Shown here: one piece after another, positions 61,803-64,000 of the stretch
How positions within the stretch are numbered: the first letter of the stretch is position 1
How the letters are laid out: each line of letters begins with the position of its first letter
Origin: Gracilinanus agilis
Lineage: Eukaryota
Direction: 5' to 3'
Assembly (NCBI RefSeq): GCF_016433145.1
Contig: NC_058132.1
Span: 166,026,044-166,090,043, forward strand
DNA: 64,000 nt
The notes under the pieces: generated by a model
Told to the model about the DNA's origin: nothing
Databases searched by the model: none
Seen by the model: the letters and a program-made list of their open reading frames with translations, nothing else
Position numbers and translations under genes: made by a program

Positions 61803-62036
61803 GATTCTGCTAGGTGGTTCAGTAAAAAAAGAGTTGGGTCTAGAGATGGGGAGTCCTGGGTTCAAATATGAACTCAGACACTTCCTAGCTGTACGATTCT
61901 GGGCAAATCATTTAACCCCAATTGCCTAGCAAAGTCACTTAACCCCAGTTGCCTAGTCCTTACCATCCTTCTGTCTTGGAACAGATATTTAGTAACAAAC
62001 CTAAGACAGAATGCAAGGTTTTAAGTTAAAAAAAAT
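61803..62036 (+). mobile_element. Older SINE with an internal tandem duplication
   Basis: tRNA head and B box gggttcaaat, duplicated unit aaatcatttaaccccaattgcctag / aagtcacttaaccccagttgcctag, A tail at ~62028-62036. Confidence 0.8.
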
Positions 62037-62403
62037 TCATACACAGTTTCTTACAATGGTAATATCGGTTACACAAAGATCAGAATCTGGAGAAAAGTGA
62101 AATCTTTAGGGTAGATGGGCTAGCATGGCAACTACACCACTCTGAAGTTCTTAAATGAGTAGTGACTCATCAAAATAAAGATCAATATTTAGATGTTTCT
62201 TTTTGGTATGCCTAATCCTTATAATTGTTCCAAGAGCAATCTGTTTGAAAAGATATAGGATCATGGAGAGATTTCAGAAAAAGAGGTTGTGAGAGGAAAG
62301 TGTACATCAGTGGATCTCAGCATCTGAGAAAAATAACTGATTTTTCCAAAAGGAACACATTTTCCAGAACAAACTACAAACATTACCCTGGCATTTCTTT
62401 TCT

Positions 62404-63336
62404 TCACTGAAACGGTCTTCTTTCTATGAATTTCTTCATGGCCACTTTGACATCCTTGTTCCTCAGGCTATAAATTAGGGGGTTCAACATGGGGACAAGG
62501 ATTGTGTAAAACACAGAGGACACTTTTGCTTGTTCCATGGAGCTGACTGAAGAGGGCTGAAGATACATGAATGCAGCTGAGCCAAAGAAGATACCAACAG
62601 CTGTCATGTGGGAGCTGCAGGTGCTAAAAGCTTTGGACCTTCCATCAGTGGAGCGGATGCGGAGGATACTGGCAATGATGAAGACATAAGAGCTAAGAAT
62701 GGTCAGAGTTGGGGTGAGGATATTAAATGCACTGAAGCAAAGAACTAGCACTTCGTTAACATAGGTGCTGGAGCAAGAGATCTCTAGGAGAGGATTGAGA
62801 TCACAGAAATAATGGTTGACGAGGTCCTTACAGAAGAACACTCTAAGCATGCAGCCTGTGTGAGCTGTGGCGCCAACAAAGGCCATCATGTACACCCCAC
62901 CGACCAACCAAATGCATACCTGATGGGACATGATAACATTATATAGCAAGGGGCTACAGATGGCAACATAACGGTCATAGGCCATAGCTGCTAACATGTG
63001 ACACTCAGCAATTACAAAAATGAGGAAGAAATAGAGTTGAGCCATGCACCCATTGTAGGAGATGATGTTCTTCTCCGACACAAAATTCACCAACATCTTG
63101 GGGGTTATTACAGTGGAATGACAGACATCAATGAAAGACAAACTGCTGAGTAAGTAGTACATGGGAGTGTGCAGGTGAGAACTGACACCAATCAGTGTTA
63201 TCATGCCCAGGTTCCCCAAAACAGTGACAACATAGATGCTCAAGAAGAGGAGTAAGAGGGGAATCTGGAGCTCTGGCCTGTCTGTTAACCCTTCAAGGAT
63301 GAAATTTGTCACTGCAGATTTATTTCCTCTGTCCAT
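62404..63336 (-). CDS. Olfactory receptor family 8-like, 310 aa, intact
   Basis: [12 protein letters not shown] start (ATG at 63336-63334) and all OR motifs. Acceptor ...ttctcccattctcacag| ends at 63351, 14 nt before the ATG. The ORF-track extension to 63381 is intron. Confidence 0.95.
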   Translation of the reverse strand: MDRGNKSAVTNFILEGLTDRPELQIPLLLLFLSIYVVTVLGNLGMITLIGVSSHLHTPMYYLLSSLSFIDVCHSTVITPKMLVNFVSEKNIISYNGCMAQLYFFLIFVIAECHMLAAMAYDRYVAICSPLLYNVIMSHQVCIWLVGGVYMMAFVGATAHTGCMLRVFFCKDLVNHYFCDLNPLLEISCSSTYVNEVLVLCFSAFNILTPTLTILSSYVFIIASILRIRSTDGRSKAFSTCSSHMTAVGIFFGSAAFMYLQPSSVSSMEQAKVSSVFYTILVPMLNPLIYSLRNKDVKVAMKKFIERRPFQ

Positions 63337-64000
63337 TTGAAAGGGATACTCTGTGAGAATGGGAGAAAAGCAGCACATCAAAAGATATCCTTGGGATTTT
63401 TCAGCAGTTCATAAAAAATGGGAGACCAAACCCAGGGCTCTTTGGCCATCATTCAGCATTTCCTTGTTGTCTCTGAACATCCAGTATCTCTAATGTCCTC
63501 AAAGGGCTATGAGACACATATGCCTAACCACTGAAATTTGCTCTACCTGGTTTTCCTCCAGTGAGTACTGTTTGGGCAATGTTAACAATATAGAAAATAG
63601 TGAGAAATCAGTTGTAAAAAAGAAGTGACTACAAATTTTTCCTTGTGGTCACTGATTTATCCTTGTCTCTTTCCATATCCTGACTTATATTTAAAGCCCT
63701 AATCCAAATTCATATGGCCAGGAATAATGATTTCTGTACTTATTTCAAAGATAAGAAAATGTTTTCTGAGATTTTCGTTTGTTGACTAAGGTAAATAAAT
63801 TAGAAATCCAATGGAATTTGATCCTCTCCTTAATGAAAGACTACTGCTTCTTCACTAACCTTATGTTGAGCTCTCTTGCTGACCAAATAGGCTGTTTAGG
63901 TTAAGCTTCAAAAAACTCTGGACTCCTGTGATTCTAGGTTTATAAGGAAATTAAGGAGGCCATTTACTCACCCTTCAGCCTTGGAACTTGGGTCAGTTTA

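Noticed and set aside
25631-62403. Hidden OR pseudogenes in the 37 kb between OR3 and OR4
   Set aside because: No MAYDRY, KAFSTC or PMLNP-like remnants were seen on either strand by eye. A TBLASTN with the four ORs would be needed to exclude highly degraded fragments.
63337-63381. 15-aa N-terminal extension of OR4
   Set aside because: It starts at a TTG and spans the splice acceptor at 63351.
1-64000. The many 60-130 aa ORFs in the track outside the ORs and L1s
   Set aside because: Most use alternative start codons, overlap repeats or are antisense shadows of OR and L1 frames, and none has a recognisable domain.

Overview
Eukaryotic, AT-rich, CpG-poor genomic DNA from a marsupial, most likely a didelphid opossum (Monodelphis-like), inferred from the tRNA-derived CORE-SINEs and marsupial-type L1s. 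The window is part of an olfactory receptor (OR) cluster of the OR8 type (OR8B/OR8G-like). Three intact ORs have an ATG (5534-6469 +, 24698-25630 +, 62404-63336 -). A fourth (11931-12863 +) has an open frame but no in-frame start codon. Each OR coding exon is preceded by a splice acceptor 9-15 nt upstream of the ancestral start. A ~2.4 kb diverged copy of the third OR's upstream region (~13600-15981) stops just before the acceptor AG with no coding exon, a 'ghost' OR locus. The rest is dense transposon sequence: L1, L2, MIR/MAR, young SINEs, ERV LTRs and two hAT elements. The most unusual structures are a full-length L1 with an apparent ~240 bp 3' transduction, a hAT element carrying a 202 bp near-identical copy of L1 sequence from 1 kb away, a TSD-flanked L1 that has only its 5' part and no poly(A), and an 80 bp TG..CA element with 20-21 bp inverted termini nested in a SINE nested in an LTR. 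Repeat family names, identities and approximate boundaries come from reading by eye and need Dfam/RepeatMasker confirmation. No prokaryotic features, CRISPR arrays, rRNA or true tRNA genes were seen.
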